DNA of 55,792 nucleotides, taken from a virus (Duplodnaviria; Caudoviricetes). The notes below the pieces were generated by a model. It worked only from the letters and a program-made list of their open reading frames with translations. It had not been told where the DNA came from and made no database searches. Where the stretch lies: positions 1-55,792 of the IMG/VR virus record IMGVR_UViG_3300045885_000606; one strand, given 5' to 3'. A program made the position numbers and the translations under genes. Below are positions 1-10,311 of the stretch, in pieces; within the stretch, counting starts at the first letter, position 1; the number at the start of each line of letters is the position of its first letter.

Positions 1-9
1 GATACTGGG

Positions 10-135
10 CTGCCTTTTCCCCCTGTGACGCGCTCCTGGCAGCCCAGTATCTGGTCACCAACCTCAAGCGTATGCGCCTCCGTCCAGCGTAAATCTGACG
101 TAAGGATGCGGGACGAGGGGTCAACACATTCCCAT
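10..135. repeat. Terminal direct repeat (circular assembly overlap), identical to 55667-55792
   Basis: 126 bp identical at both ends, and the terminase/intein reading frame continues across the join. Bases 1-14 are instead the reverse complement of 38-51. Confidence 0.95.
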
Positions 136-1481
136 CCATAGAGAACAGGTTGTCCTGCTTTAATCCGGTCAGGCGCCGTCCAGCGGTGCAGGTTTGGATA
201 GGCATACTGATCGCGCAGGTAGACGATGATTTCTCTCCCGCCTCCGCCGCCTGAGGCCTGCACCTCTGGCGCCAGGAGCGCGTCGTTGTAGGCGCGTCCA
301 AGGAGCGCCAGGTCTTTGGCAAAGACGTGCGGCGGCGCGGCTTCATCGTATTCGGCGACCTGCTCAAGCGTCCCCATGTCTAAGACCTCCGCTGCCGAGC
401 GCGAGTGTTCTCCCGATTGATCCTGAATCCCCATCGAGCTATCGGCGCCAATCACATACTCTCTCCCGGGAAGCGGTGGACGAAACACCCGGAGTGGTCC
501 TCGTACGTCGTCCAGGAAACGCACCCTGCCCCGCGCTTCCACCAGTCTGCCTCTGCGCCCCACTTCGATCATCGGCTCAATCCACACCAGATCGGCCTGC
601 CTGAAAAAGGGGAGCCCCGACATAATAAACGCCATCTCTGGCGTGGATGGGTACTCCTGATTAAACTTCTCAATATCGCCCTGGCAGCGGTCGGCAATGA
701 CCCGGCGGCGCCAGCGGATTTGCCCCCAGGTGAGGGCAAGATCGGCCATGAGCGCTTCTTCATCGCTGTCGAGATCGTCTAAGGGAGCGAGGAGCCTGGA
801 GGTATACTGCGGAAAGGTGTGCCAGGGGAGAAAGACGGGCAGAAACGAGGAATCCCCCGCCACCGCGGCCATCCACTCGTCGTGAAACATGGCCCCGGTA
901 TCGACGATGCCGTTGGCGGTCGACTCATCCACTTCCAGAAAAAAGCTCTCTTCGTCTTGCGGCAAACACTGCCGGATGGCGAGGAGCGCGGAGGCCTGCT
1001 TCCAGAAGGCCAGCTCCGAGGCGTGCAAACAGGTGAGGTCTGCGCTCCTCGCCGCTTCCGGCGTCCCCGCGGTCGCCAGCTCCAGGGTCGAGTGCCTGAA
1101 GCTAATCGCCCGGCGCTTAATGTCTGCGACACCTTCTAAGGGCGAAGAGCGCACAAAGCGCTCGCTCATCTGCCAGATGCGCTCGGCTGGCTGTTTTAAG
1201 TGCGCCACGACCAGCGCCTGCGTATAGTCTTGAAAGACACATATGGCAGTTAAGAGCGCTTCGGTAAAGGTAGAGACGCCTTCCCGGCGGGCTTTTAAGA
1301 TAATCATCTGGATGGGGAGGTTGGCATCAATCCGTGGGGCCACGACCTGCCAGAGCTGCTCCTGCGCCGCGTTAAAGCGCAAGGGCACAATGGAGCGCTC
1401 CGGCGTTCTCACCGGCAGCCGCTCCATTAAACGCCGATAGAGCGTCGAGCGCCTGAGTGGCTCCTGCGCCTCAGCCAGCAT
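10..1481 (-). CDS. terL: Terminase large subunit, 5' part (continues across the contig join to 54634)
   Basis: Not in the ORF track because it runs off the end. Translated manually from ATG 1481: MLAEAQEPL...IILKARREGVST (Walker A-like), LHASELAFW (Walker B), ESTANG, QEYP, YVIGAD (nuclease Asp), ...LYGWE, then the intein CVDP. About 834 aa precursor, about 575 aa after splicing. Confidence 0.92.
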
Positions 1482-2283
1482 ACGGGTTCCCTGTCGCCTG
1501 CTGCGAGCGGCGTATGGCGTCTTCCACGGTTTTCGCCATCTCATCCGTCACAATCCAGGTTGTGCCTGCCGCAGGCGACGAGGGAAACACCTCCTTGGGC
1601 ACCGCCTGCATCTGTTCCGCGAGCTGCTTCTGGTGCTGGGCCTGCCACCTGGCCATATCCTGCACCTGCAGATGCAGGGCGGCAATCGCATCGGTCAGTT
1701 GCACCAGCGCCTGCGTAGGCGGCATGGAGATGGGGGCGCCCCCGCCCGGCTCCCTCACCCCCTGCCGGAGACGCTGCACCTCGCTACGCAAGGCTTGAAC
1801 CAGCTCGACTGCGGCCGGAACAAGCTGCGCCACCTGCTCCACCTTCACCCCGCACGACGTAAGACAGGTGTGGAGGGGTGTCAGCATCTCCGAAACCGCC
1901 TTCGTTACCTGCTCCCGCTCCGCCTGAAGTGTACGCTCCATCTGCGCGAGCCTGTCTCTCAGCGGACCCACCTCCGCCTGCAAGGCCGATTCCGCCGCGA
2001 GCGCCCGCCTGAGCGCCCCGTCCGTCCCCCCGTGCGGGTCTGCACCAAACCCGTTCACTGCGGCCTCTGGAGGGATGGCCCGCTCCGGCACCGGGACCTG
2101 CCACTCCACCCCCAGGACCGGCTGCTGCACCGGCTGCACGCCCTGTGGCGGCAGCCCCCCGCCTTGTAAGCCTGAAAACGACGCCGTCCCGTACCCACAA
2201 TCCCCACACTCTTGCCTCCCCGAATGCCACACCGCCCGACAATGCGGACACTGCCACGGCACCAGGGGCATGTTCGTACTCAT
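1471..2283 (-). CDS. Hypothetical protein, N-terminal zinc ribbon plus coiled coil
   Basis: CPHC...CGDC motif, heptad-rich middle, overlaps the terL start. Confidence 0.65.
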   Translation of the reverse strand: MSTNMPLVPWQCPHCRAVWHSGRQECGDCGYGTASFSGLQGGGLPPQGVQPVQQPVLGVEWQVPVPERAIPPEAAVNGFGADPHGGTDGALRRALAAESALQAEVGPLRDRLAQMERTLQAEREQVTKAVSEMLTPLHTCLTSCGVKVEQVAQLVPAAVELVQALRSEVQRLRQGVREPGGGAPISMPPTQALVQLTDAIAALHLQVQDMARWQAQHQKQLAEQMQAVPKEVFPSSPAAGTTWIVTDEMAKTVEDAIRRSQQATGNPYAG

Positions 2284-2564
2284 TCCTTCCTCCTCCTCTC
2301 AGGCTCCGGCGCCATATAGCGCATCCCACCCCTCACAAAGGCGGCCCAGGCCTGGGCAAACGCCGCAAGACGCCAGGGATCCCCCCATCCTCCAAGGATC
2401 AGGACCCCCATCCCCGGCATGAGGCGAAACACCTCCACCACGACCACCCGCCTGGCTATCCAGCGCGACCTCACCCTGATACTCCTCAGAGCGCTCCTCT
2501 CTAAGCACGCCCGCGCCCTGGCGTATGTCACCACATCCACAAGGCAGCGCTGCGCTGGCCACAT
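2280..2564 (-). CDS. Hypothetical protein
   Basis: Fills the gap between neighbours with tight or overlapping start/stop codons. Confidence 0.45.
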   Translation of the reverse strand: MWPAQRCLVDVVTYARARACLERSALRSIRVRSRWIARRVVVVEVFRLMPGMGVLILGGWGDPWRLAAFAQAWAAFVRGGMRYMAPEPERRRKE

Positions 2565-2567
2565 GGC

Positions 2568-3197
2568 TTACGGTCCCTCCAACCGGTAGGTGACCACCAC
2601 CCGCGCCCGACCCACCGCGTCAAAGAGCCCCCCTACCGCCGTTAAGAACACACTCCGCGCCAGCGGATAGAGCAGCGTCCCTGGCGCCAGATTGAAATCC
2701 CCCTGCTCCGTCGCGTGCCCCTGTGTCAAAGGAATGTTCGCCCCCCACACGTCCTGTACCGCCCCGTCTCCCACGTCATACCCCGTCATGAGACCTGTCG
2801 ACCCAAACCCAATCTCGTTCGTGACGTACACCCCGACGTCCTTCGCCCCCTCAGGAATCGCCCCTACAACCTCAATCACCCCCGCCCCATTCACCGTGTC
2901 CACATACAACGGACCATTCCTTAAGACGCCACCCACCCCTACCTGCTCATTGCGCAGTACCTCCATCTCATACCCACTCTTCGTGGGATAAATGTCGTAG
3001 AGACCATCCTCCGCGTAAAACTCCAACGACCCAAACGTCGGATTATTCGTAAACGGATTGGGTAGCGGCATCGTCCCGTCCAGGTCCGACCATAAACTCC
3101 CTAACTCCGTACTCCCCGCCCGACGCACTAATATCTGCACCCCTGGCAGCGCATTCCCTCCAAACTGCACCACATTCCGGTATTTCCCCAGTGCCAC
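2568..3197 (-). CDS. Virion structural protein (N-terminus resembles tailspike head-binding/adaptor domains)
   Basis: GTG start at 3197 after a GAGGAG RBS. Contains PLPNPFT...GSLEFYAEDGLYDI and is beta-rich. Confidence 0.6.
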   Translation of the reverse strand: MALGKYRNVVQFGGNALPGVQILVRRAGSTELGSLWSDLDGTMPLPNPFTNNPTFGSLEFYAEDGLYDIYPTKSGYEMEVLRNEQVGVGGVLRNGPLYVDTVNGAGVIEVVGAIPEGAKDVGVYVTNEIGFGSTGLMTGYDVGDGAVQDVWGANIPLTQGHATEQGDFNLAPGTLLYPLARSVFLTAVGGLFDAVGRARVVVTYRLEGP

Positions 3198-3348
3198 GGC
3201 GACTCTCCTCCTCGTTCCTGAGTAGGTCAAAAAATCCCTGTGGTGGCGATATCGGGTCGCATTTTTCCACGCGGCCACCCCCCACCGGGCTTGACCCCGC
3301 CTGGTGCTGTCGCACACAGTCAGCTCCATGGGACCGCTGGCCCGCGCC

Positions 3349-3876
3349 CTAGCCTGAGAGATCGTTCGCGTCGGGCTGTGCCCACAGGAACTCCGCCTCC
3401 GCCGCCGCCCGCTCCTCGTCGTCTGGCGGTAGCGCCAGCACCTCAGCACCGCCGATGATGTCGTCCATCCATGCTTGATACGCTGCCAGACGCCTGAGCT
3501 GCTCGGCCCCTCCGCCCGGCCGATTCACCACCATGCGGATTTTCAGCACCGTGGCCGCGTGACTCATCAGCGTTTGTAAGCGCAACTGCGTCTGCTTGCC
3601 CGCCAGATCCTCCCAGTAGTCCAGGCACAGCCGTGACCACGCCTGCCACAGCGCCTCACTCGCAATGTCCCCGCCCTGACGCTCCAACTCTTTCGCCAGC
3701 GCATCGGCCAGCGGCCGCCCCGCCCGCGCCGTCGGCACCCAGGAAGGGTCCTGATCCCCTGCCCCGTGCCGCCTGCGCTCCTCCGCCCGCTCCCGCCACA
3801 GCGCCTGGCGTGCCCTGAGCTGCGCCATGCGCCCCTCGCGCCGTGCCTCCTCGTAACCCCCACTCTCGTCACTCAT
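3349..3876 (-). CDS. Helical protein, first gene of the late operon; possible terminase small subunit
   Basis: ATG 3876 after a GGAGG RBS; ~175 aa, helical. The function is inferred from position only. Confidence 0.4.
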   Translation of the reverse strand: MSDESGGYEEARREGRMAQLRARQALWRERAEERRRHGAGDQDPSWVPTARAGRPLADALAKELERQGGDIASEALWQAWSRLCLDYWEDLAGKQTQLRLQTLMSHAATVLKIRMVVNRPGGGAEQLRRLAAYQAWMDDIIGGAEVLALPPDDEERAAAEAEFLWAQPDANDLSG

Positions 3877-5029
3877 AGCCCACCTCCCACCATCTAGTCT
3901 CGCACACGCGCCCTCTGGGCACAACCCCCCGCTCTCCGCACTGCGGACGAATTGTACGCGATCTACTTGCTGAGCACACCCCGAAGCTTTCCCGTACAGA
4001 ACCAAGACTTCTATAAGCACGCCCGAGGGAGAGAGGAGGGGGAAACCTTAGGAAGGGGGTGGTGAGAGTACCTTCCACCAATAAGATCTTCTGAGGTATT
4101 ACGGGGGGAAATCGGTACTCGCTGTTCGCGGTGAGTGGTGTGCGTGAGTAAGGTGGTGTTCACTGCGTTCACAGAGCAGCGCTGAGAAGTAAGGGCTCAC
4201 TCGTTGTTGCCATCCGGCGGGGCGTGTCAAAAGTTCGTGTTACGTGCGGCCAGGGCCCCGCAGAGAGGAAGGTGTACCACATATGGGCAGTTGGAGTGCA
4301 GCGGGCACTTCCAGGGGACACGGCGAGGCCGCCCCCTGGACCCACAACGCTTGATCCCTCCACCGCGTCTTTCTGGCGCCTAAGGTGTGGGGCGGTACGC
4401 AAAGTGGCAATAAGTCACATGGTACGAACAAAGCGCCAACACATGGCACTCCATACTGTCGTGAAGCCACAACCAGACAGGAGCGAGCAAACCGACGTGA
4501 GATCACCGAACGGTAGTCTGTAAGGAACCGAGCCGACTAGAACATGCAGCTAGGTTCTAGAAGCGAGTGCAGCGAGCGTGAGCTTTCTGGCCTTTTTGAC
4601 TTATATCTTAGTAGTTCAGTGAGCAGGTCGCGCCGAATTTGTGCGCTCGCCATGGCCGCTGCCTCACTGAAAAATCCCGCCTTGTCTACGCCCATAGGTT
4701 CTAATAGTCAGCGTCTCACTGGACTATTGACATGATAAGCATGGCTGATACTGGAACGTGAGTCCATAAGTTGGCAGAGAACTATTTTCAGTGGCCCCAC
4801 AAGTCATTGATATGTGGTGCGTTACAGTACCAATAAATCACCACTTACCATATATTTACTATATACATGACACCAGTATAGGCGTATGATGGGGCTACAA
4901 TCTGATATGGTGATCTAACATGGAGGATAAAGGAGGATAGTAGAACAGTATAGGATGCACCATAAGGGAGTTATGACCCTGGCCGTGCTTAGCAACTGGC
5001 AAGCACGGTGGACCCACTGACAACCCAAG

Positions 5030-5495
5030 TTCTGGCACGCGGTCACACGCCGAGCCGTACCCTAACCTGGAATACTTGAGTGTAGTCTGGTTTGCGCTGG
5101 GAATGCAGTGCAGGCTATAGGCGCAGTCGAAACAGGGGAGAGGCACACACAGGGTAAGGCGATCATTCCGTAAGATACCTGGACTGGTACATAGCGAACC
5201 TCTAAGCACCGGATAAGGCGCGGTGGAGCGTTGAGGCTACGGGAAGGAGGAACGCAGGAGGAAGGAGCGACGTAGCACGCTAAGGTTGGTACCGCTACAC
5301 AACTCATGCCTGGATCATGGTAAGGAGAGCCCTCACAACTCTGGAGAGCGCCATGACCCTCATGCATGGAGAGCGCACCTTGCACTGTGACGACGCGCCA
5401 CTGCAAGCCACAGCCCCATGCTACCACCCAGACATGAGACGGCAACCCGGCAAGTGCAATGCTTGCCAGTGGTCGTAGGGTATTGGTAGCCCTAC
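5030..5495 (+). ncRNA. Candidate structured RNA or leader upstream of the early genes
   Basis: No convincing ORF. Nested complementary segments: gtaccctaacct/aggttggtac, ctcatgcctgg/ccagacatgag, tcatgg/ccatga, ggcaag/cttgcc, gtaggg/ccctac. Confidence 0.4.
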
Positions 5496-6326
5496 ATGAT
5501 TAGTCACCTCGAAACCACGAAAGGCAAGACCATGCAACACGCCCACGGTTCACACAGTACTCTCATGGAGTCACGGCAGGGTACGCACATGCCAGACTAC
5601 GACCCTATCGCCATCCTCAACCCGCACATGGCCAGACTGCCCTGGCACGTAGACCACACCGTACCCACCTCAGCCAGACCAGTAGCCGAGCCGACCGTAC
5701 CCACGCTACCAAAGCGTGGAGAGTGGAAACGGAATCACGCCAGACGCTATAGCACGCCCCTGGACGTGACCAGCAACACGCCGCTTGGCAATCGCTATGC
5801 CTTTGGGGTGTATGGCCGTGATGGAGGAATACAGAAGTATCGACGCTGGCTTTTCCAGCGCATCCAGGAACGCCACGTAGGAGTGATGGCGCAACTCAAA
5901 CGCATCACACCCGCAAGTACCTTGATGTGTACCTGTCGGGAAAACGAGCGCTGCCACGCTGATGTCATCATACGCGCATGGTCCTGGTTGGTGAGTACTG
6001 GTGTTATCCCCAAGACCTGGACCGACGCACACAAGCCAGCCCCCACTTCCACCCTCTCCACCAACTACGCCAACTCCTCCTTGATCCTGCGTAGGGGAGA
6101 GACGCCAGAGGCAGAGCCCGAAGTACCACCCGTACCAGTACGGTATACACAAGAGCCAGAGGCAGAGCCAGTAGCCCCACCGAAGAAAGCCAGAGCGAAG
6201 CGGCCAGCCTCAAAGCCACGTCGGACGAGAGCGCAGAAAGAACTTGCCTGGATCACCGCAGCCTTGAAGAAAGCCACCGTAGCACCTGATAAAGCGCAGT
6301 GGAGCTTCGTACACGCCAGTATCTAA
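5496..6326 (+). CDS. DUF4326-like protein with Pro/Lys-rich C-terminal tail
   Basis: TPLGNRY...IQKYRRWL...LMCTC...RCHADVI matches the DUF4326 pattern. The true start may be 5532 or 5589. Confidence 0.7.
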   Translation: MISHLETTKGKTMQHAHGSHSTLMESRQGTHMPDYDPIAILNPHMARLPWHVDHTVPTSARPVAEPTVPTLPKRGEWKRNHARRYSTPLDVTSNTPLGNRYAFGVYGRDGGIQKYRRWLFQRIQERHVGVMAQLKRITPASTLMCTCRENERCHADVIIRAWSWLVSTGVIPKTWTDAHKPAPTSTLSTNYANSSLILRRGETPEAEPEVPPVPVRYTQEPEAEPVAPPKKARAKRPASKPRRTRAQKELAWITAALKKATVAPDKAQWSFVHASI

Positions 6327-6720
6327 CCACACCTCACAACCTGGATTGTTGGGACAAGCACCAACAATCTAGTTTGTGGTGTCAAACTTTTGACAGTGAG
6401 GGTACAAAATTTTTTCCCAAGCCCCTTTTTTTCTGCTGAGCTGCACGGTGGTTGACGCTCATCTGCCGGCGTGAGCACAGTGTATGTGCGCTCGCTCCAG
6501 GTACCGTCAAGCAACCGTGCATCCATATGCGGGAGAACGTGGCAGCGTGTTCGTCACCTGCCTAAGGTCCCGCGAAACCCATCCCTGCTCGCCCCTGCCC
6601 ACAAGCCCGGCTGGGGGAGGGAGGGGGCCGGTCCGCCGCTGCGCGAAGCGCCAGCGGCCAGATGGTGGCACACGCCACCTGTCTTTGGCGATCAGGCGAA
6701 AACGACTGGAGCAAAGTCTG

Positions 6721-7071
6721 ATGACCCTTGAAGAGATCAGGTCCCGGTATCCCAACCCGGTGAGTGCGACAAGCCCGGAGGCAAAAACAGATGCCTGCGC
6801 CTATTGCGTAGGTGGAGCGTTCATGATGACATACGGCTACGCGAGGATGAACAGTGCCAATTTCCCCCCATCTGAGGACCTCGCAGACGCGCTTATGGCG
6901 GCGAACCCGTGCCTCATAGTGGTCAACCCGGAGACAGATGTACCGCTGGCGTTTGAATACGCACAGGCGCTCATTGAAGCAAACGACGAGGGCCAGGTCC
7001 ACATCGCCTGGAGCGTCCTTGAGCTGGCACTCTCGTATAGGGCAACACTGGGAGAGGAGAAGATCAGGTAG
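6721..7071 (+). CDS. Hypothetical protein
   Basis: ATG 6721 after GGAG; contains a YCVGGA motif. Confidence 0.6.
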   Translation: MTLEEIRSRYPNPVSATSPEAKTDACAYCVGGAFMMTYGYARMNSANFPPSEDLADALMAANPCLIVVNPETDVPLAFEYAQALIEANDEGQVHIAWSVLELALSYRATLGEEKIR

Positions 7072-7183
7072 CGAGGTGGTGAAAAGAGAAACGCCGCCAG
7101 GCTTGCGGGCTAGCACATCCCACCTGGCGGCAAAGGAGATGACCCCCCCAAGGGTCGGTCTACCCACAGAAAGGATAGCACAG

Positions 7184-8089
7184 ATGATCAGCCACGAACA
7201 AGCACGGACCGCACTGATCTACGGATTCCAGGCCCAACTCCAGGCCGCGATCGAGAAAGAGGGCCAGGCTGAGGCCTACGGTGAGCGGGTGAAGAAAGCC
7301 GCCACGCTGGCCCTCTCCGGCGCGGTATCGCAGATGAATACGGAGGTATACCTCGTGCAGGGCAGTGCGCCCGAGCCCTATCAAGTCAACGGCGCCTGCC
7401 AGTGCATTGACTACCGGCGCTACTGCGAAGGAAAGACCGAGTGTGCCCCGAAGGGCATTTGTAAGCACCGCCTGGCCGTGTGGCTGGTGCGGAAAACGGA
7501 GGCCCATATGGCGAAGACGGCTCATAGTCATCTGTACACCTGCGGGCACGCACAGGGTCGTGTGCTGTGCTACGCCGAGCCCTGTGAGGAGAAAGATCTC
7601 CGCTGTGAGGCGTGCTACGCCCGCGCCGGCCAGGACGCCCAGGTGATGGCAACACCAGAGCCGGAGGAGGAACTCGTGGATGTGACCAGGGAAACGCAGC
7701 TCCAGGAGGTGGAGGAAGAAGAGGAGCGGGAGGAACTCGCCGAGACGGAGGAAGAAGCTCCCTGCCCACTCAATTACACCGCGGCCTCTGAAGCCGGGAT
7801 GTACGAGCGCTACGTGCCCGAGCCGGTGCTAGAGCCGCAGGAGCCTGAGGGGTGGGGACCACTCCCCGAAGCGCCCACGTCGGTCTACTTGAAACTGCGC
7901 TTACCTGGTGGGCATGAGCTGTCCTGGACCATGCGGTCGATGCGCGAAGGTGGCGCCGGCGATCAGGAAATCCTGGCTCGCATGCCGGTGGTGCTGGAGG
8001 GATTGCAGAAACTGGCCGAGCGCAGCCAGACCAAAGGCCGCTGGCTGGCTCGCCTCTCGACCCTGTTTGCATGGACGAGAGAAGACTAA
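7184..8089 (+). CDS. SWIM zinc-finger protein with acidic linker
   Basis: YQVNGACQCIDY...CKHRLAV (CxC...CxH). Confidence 0.75.
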   Translation: MISHEQARTALIYGFQAQLQAAIEKEGQAEAYGERVKKAATLALSGAVSQMNTEVYLVQGSAPEPYQVNGACQCIDYRRYCEGKTECAPKGICKHRLAVWLVRKTEAHMAKTAHSHLYTCGHAQGRVLCYAEPCEEKDLRCEACYARAGQDAQVMATPEPEEELVDVTRETQLQEVEEEEEREELAETEEEAPCPLNYTAASEAGMYERYVPEPVLEPQEPEGWGPLPEAPTSVYLKLRLPGGHELSWTMRSMREGGAGDQEILARMPVVLEGLQKLAERSQTKGRWLARLSTLFAWTRED

Positions 8090-8458
8090 TCATCAACCGA
8101 GGGGGCGACACGCCCCCTCCCGCAAGGAGCGTCAGCGTGGATCGACGTCAACCGTATACCGTCAAAGTGCAGGTGCAATGGCGCAACGCTGGTCAGTGTA
8201 GTTGGGATGATCATCCAACCGAGATGAGTGTGGCATCCCGGAAGGTCACCGAGATTATCGCCGCCGATGGCACGAGCATCCTCATCCACACCAGTGAGCC
8301 CATGTATTGGGCGCCGCCACAACCAGAGCACGAAGAGGAATAAAGCTCAATCGCCTGGAGAGGGGCACTCTCCAGGCCCAAGGGGTCCGTGACAGATGGC
8401 AGTCACGCTGAGGATGGCGGCAGCTTCCGCCGAAACCCCCCACGGGAAGGAGAAGCAC

Positions 8459-8701
8459 ATGGCAGACGACACCCCCAAGAAGCGCTGGAGTATCCGCCTC
8501 TATTACACCTACGTCGACGAGTACGTTGTCACGGCCGAAACGATCGAGGAAGCCTACGAGATGGTCGATGATCCGAAGGCCCACCCGGATACCGTCGCAC
8601 TCGTAAACGAGAACGAGTACGTCGACTTCGATTCAGCCTGCGGTAACGAGCTGGCTGAGGACGGATCGTACATCGACGACGTGACCGAACTTGCCTCCTA
8701 G
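8459..8701 (+). CDS. Small acidic hypothetical protein
   Basis: ATG 8459 after an AAGGAG RBS. Confidence 0.6.
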   Translation: MADDTPKKRWSIRLYYTYVDEYVVTAETIEEAYEMVDDPKAHPDTVALVNENEYVDFDSACGNELAEDGSYIDDVTELAS

Positions 8702-8904
8702 AACGTGACAGTACGTGTCACGTATCCACTCCCAGGCGCGTGTGCTCACAGCACATATGATGCGCCCTCTCGTTTACTTCACCCTATCACCAGCCTCAGC
8801 CCAAGGAAGGAGGAGGGAGGGCTGAGCACGCTTCCGATAAGGAAGATTATGTCAATTCTCCTGGACCTGTGCGTCGTATCATTACTGTAGCTTATGGAGA
8901 CCCC

Positions 8905-9234
8905 ATGACGAAGACCGAACGTATCGCCGAGCTCAACGACCTGTGCCGCCAGGCCCCCGGTCTCTGTGGCCGGTGGGTGATGACCCCTGGTATTACCACC
9001 CTCCCCCCCGCGCTGCAGTCTCGGATTCGTGAGCGTGTGGAAACGTACAGCGACTTCACGGGGGACAACAACCCGTGGGGTGAAAGGGACTTTGGTGACT
9101 TCGAGGAAGGAGGTGTGAGCATCTTCTGGAAGATTGAGTATTGCGACCTGGACTACGAGTTGCACAGCGAGGATCCCAGTAATCCCCGCGTGACGCGCCG
9201 CGTCTTAACCATCATGCTCAAGGAGGAATACTGA
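8905..9234 (+). CDS. DUF3768-family protein
   Basis: IAELND...FTGDNNPWGERDFG...FWKIEY...DPS...TRRVLTIML pattern. Confidence 0.85.
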   Translation: MTKTERIAELNDLCRQAPGLCGRWVMTPGITTLPPALQSRIRERVETYSDFTGDNNPWGERDFGDFEEGGVSIFWKIEYCDLDYELHSEDPSNPRVTRRVLTIMLKEEY

Positions 9235-9746
9235 TGGTAGCAATGCTACTCAAAGGCTGGTGTCAGGACCGCTTTGACGCCTTCGATGATCCCATCCTCC
9301 TCATAGGTTTCACCGTGGAAAGCTGTGACTATCTGCTGGAGCTTATAGCCACAGTCCGCACCATGCACGGTGCGAAGTATCTGAACTACCTGTACAGCCT
9401 CACCCTGTGGGATTATCAAGCGAGCTGGCTTTCGCAATCGCACCTCCTGGCGCACATTGAGGCAGACTCGGGCACAGAGGAGCGCTACATGGATGCCGAA
9501 GACTTCTTCACCCGACTATCTGAGGAGAGCATCATTGAGGTCGACTTCGCCAGGTATCCCTTCCAGTTCCTGCCCGAAGGAGAGGAGCTGATGCCGGTCG
9601 AAACCTGCCAGCTTGTGGTAACACGGGAGCATGTGCGGTGGAAGTGCAACTTGAAGCATGCCTCTGTCCCTATGCACAGCGTCGAACTGAGTGCCGAGTG
9701 GCTGACCGACCTGCGTAACCGCCTGAAAAGAGACGCCAATGTCTAA
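9234..9746 (+). CDS. Hypothetical protein
   Basis: Translationally coupled to the upstream gene (TGATG). Confidence 0.6.
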   Translation: MVAMLLKGWCQDRFDAFDDPILLIGFTVESCDYLLELIATVRTMHGAKYLNYLYSLTLWDYQASWLSQSHLLAHIEADSGTEERYMDAEDFFTRLSEESIIEVDFARYPFQFLPEGEELMPVETCQLVVTREHVRWKCNLKHASVPMHSVELSAEWLTDLRNRLKRDANV

Positions 9747-9987
9747 GTGGAGTGTGCTGTTACTGTATCCGGATTACCTGAGGAGTGATGATCCGGCTGA
9801 GACGTTTTATACCAGTGTGGAAGCCAAGACGGTGCGCCATGCCGTTCGCCGCGCCGCCATTGAGTGTATCGTCAGCAATATGTGGGCAGGGACTGAGGAG
9901 AACCCAAGCCCGGTTATGGCACTCAGCGACTTTCGCCCGCTCCTTGTGATTGAGGGCGAGCATAACGATCGTGCATGGGAGGCATAA
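9739..9987 (+). CDS. Hypothetical protein
   Basis: Overlaps the upstream stop; WSVLLLYPDY N-terminus. Confidence 0.6.
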   Translation: MSKWSVLLLYPDYLRSDDPAETFYTSVEAKTVRHAVRRAAIECIVSNMWAGTEENPSPVMALSDFRPLLVIEGEHNDRAWEA

Positions 9988-9988
9988 G

Positions 9989-10204
9989 ATGCAAGCATGT
10001 CCGCAGTGTGGTCACACCCTCTTCAGAGTCGGCCGCTACGTCACCATCTGGCAGACGCTGGTGGTTGAAATCGTGGATGGTAATAGGAAATACACCGAGG
10101 TGGAGGAGGAACTCCACGACATCCTTGATGCTGACGATTTCAGTGGCGCCGCCGAGTACATGGAGTGCGGAAAAGAGGTGAGACTCGAAGACCTGTGGCT
10201 CTAG
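9989..10204 (+). CDS. Small protein with N-terminal CPQC motif
   Basis: ATG 9989 after GGAGG. Confidence 0.5.
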   Translation: MQACPQCGHTLFRVGRYVTIWQTLVVEIVDGNRKYTEVEEELHDILDADDFSGAAEYMECGKEVRLEDLWL

Positions 10205-10311
10205 TCCCTCAAAGCGTGCGTTGCCCCGGTACCTGAGGAGTGCGCCTCGGATACCGGGGCTGCGTGCGCGTCACATGGCAGTCACCTTCCAACACACGAA
10301 AGGATACCAGT

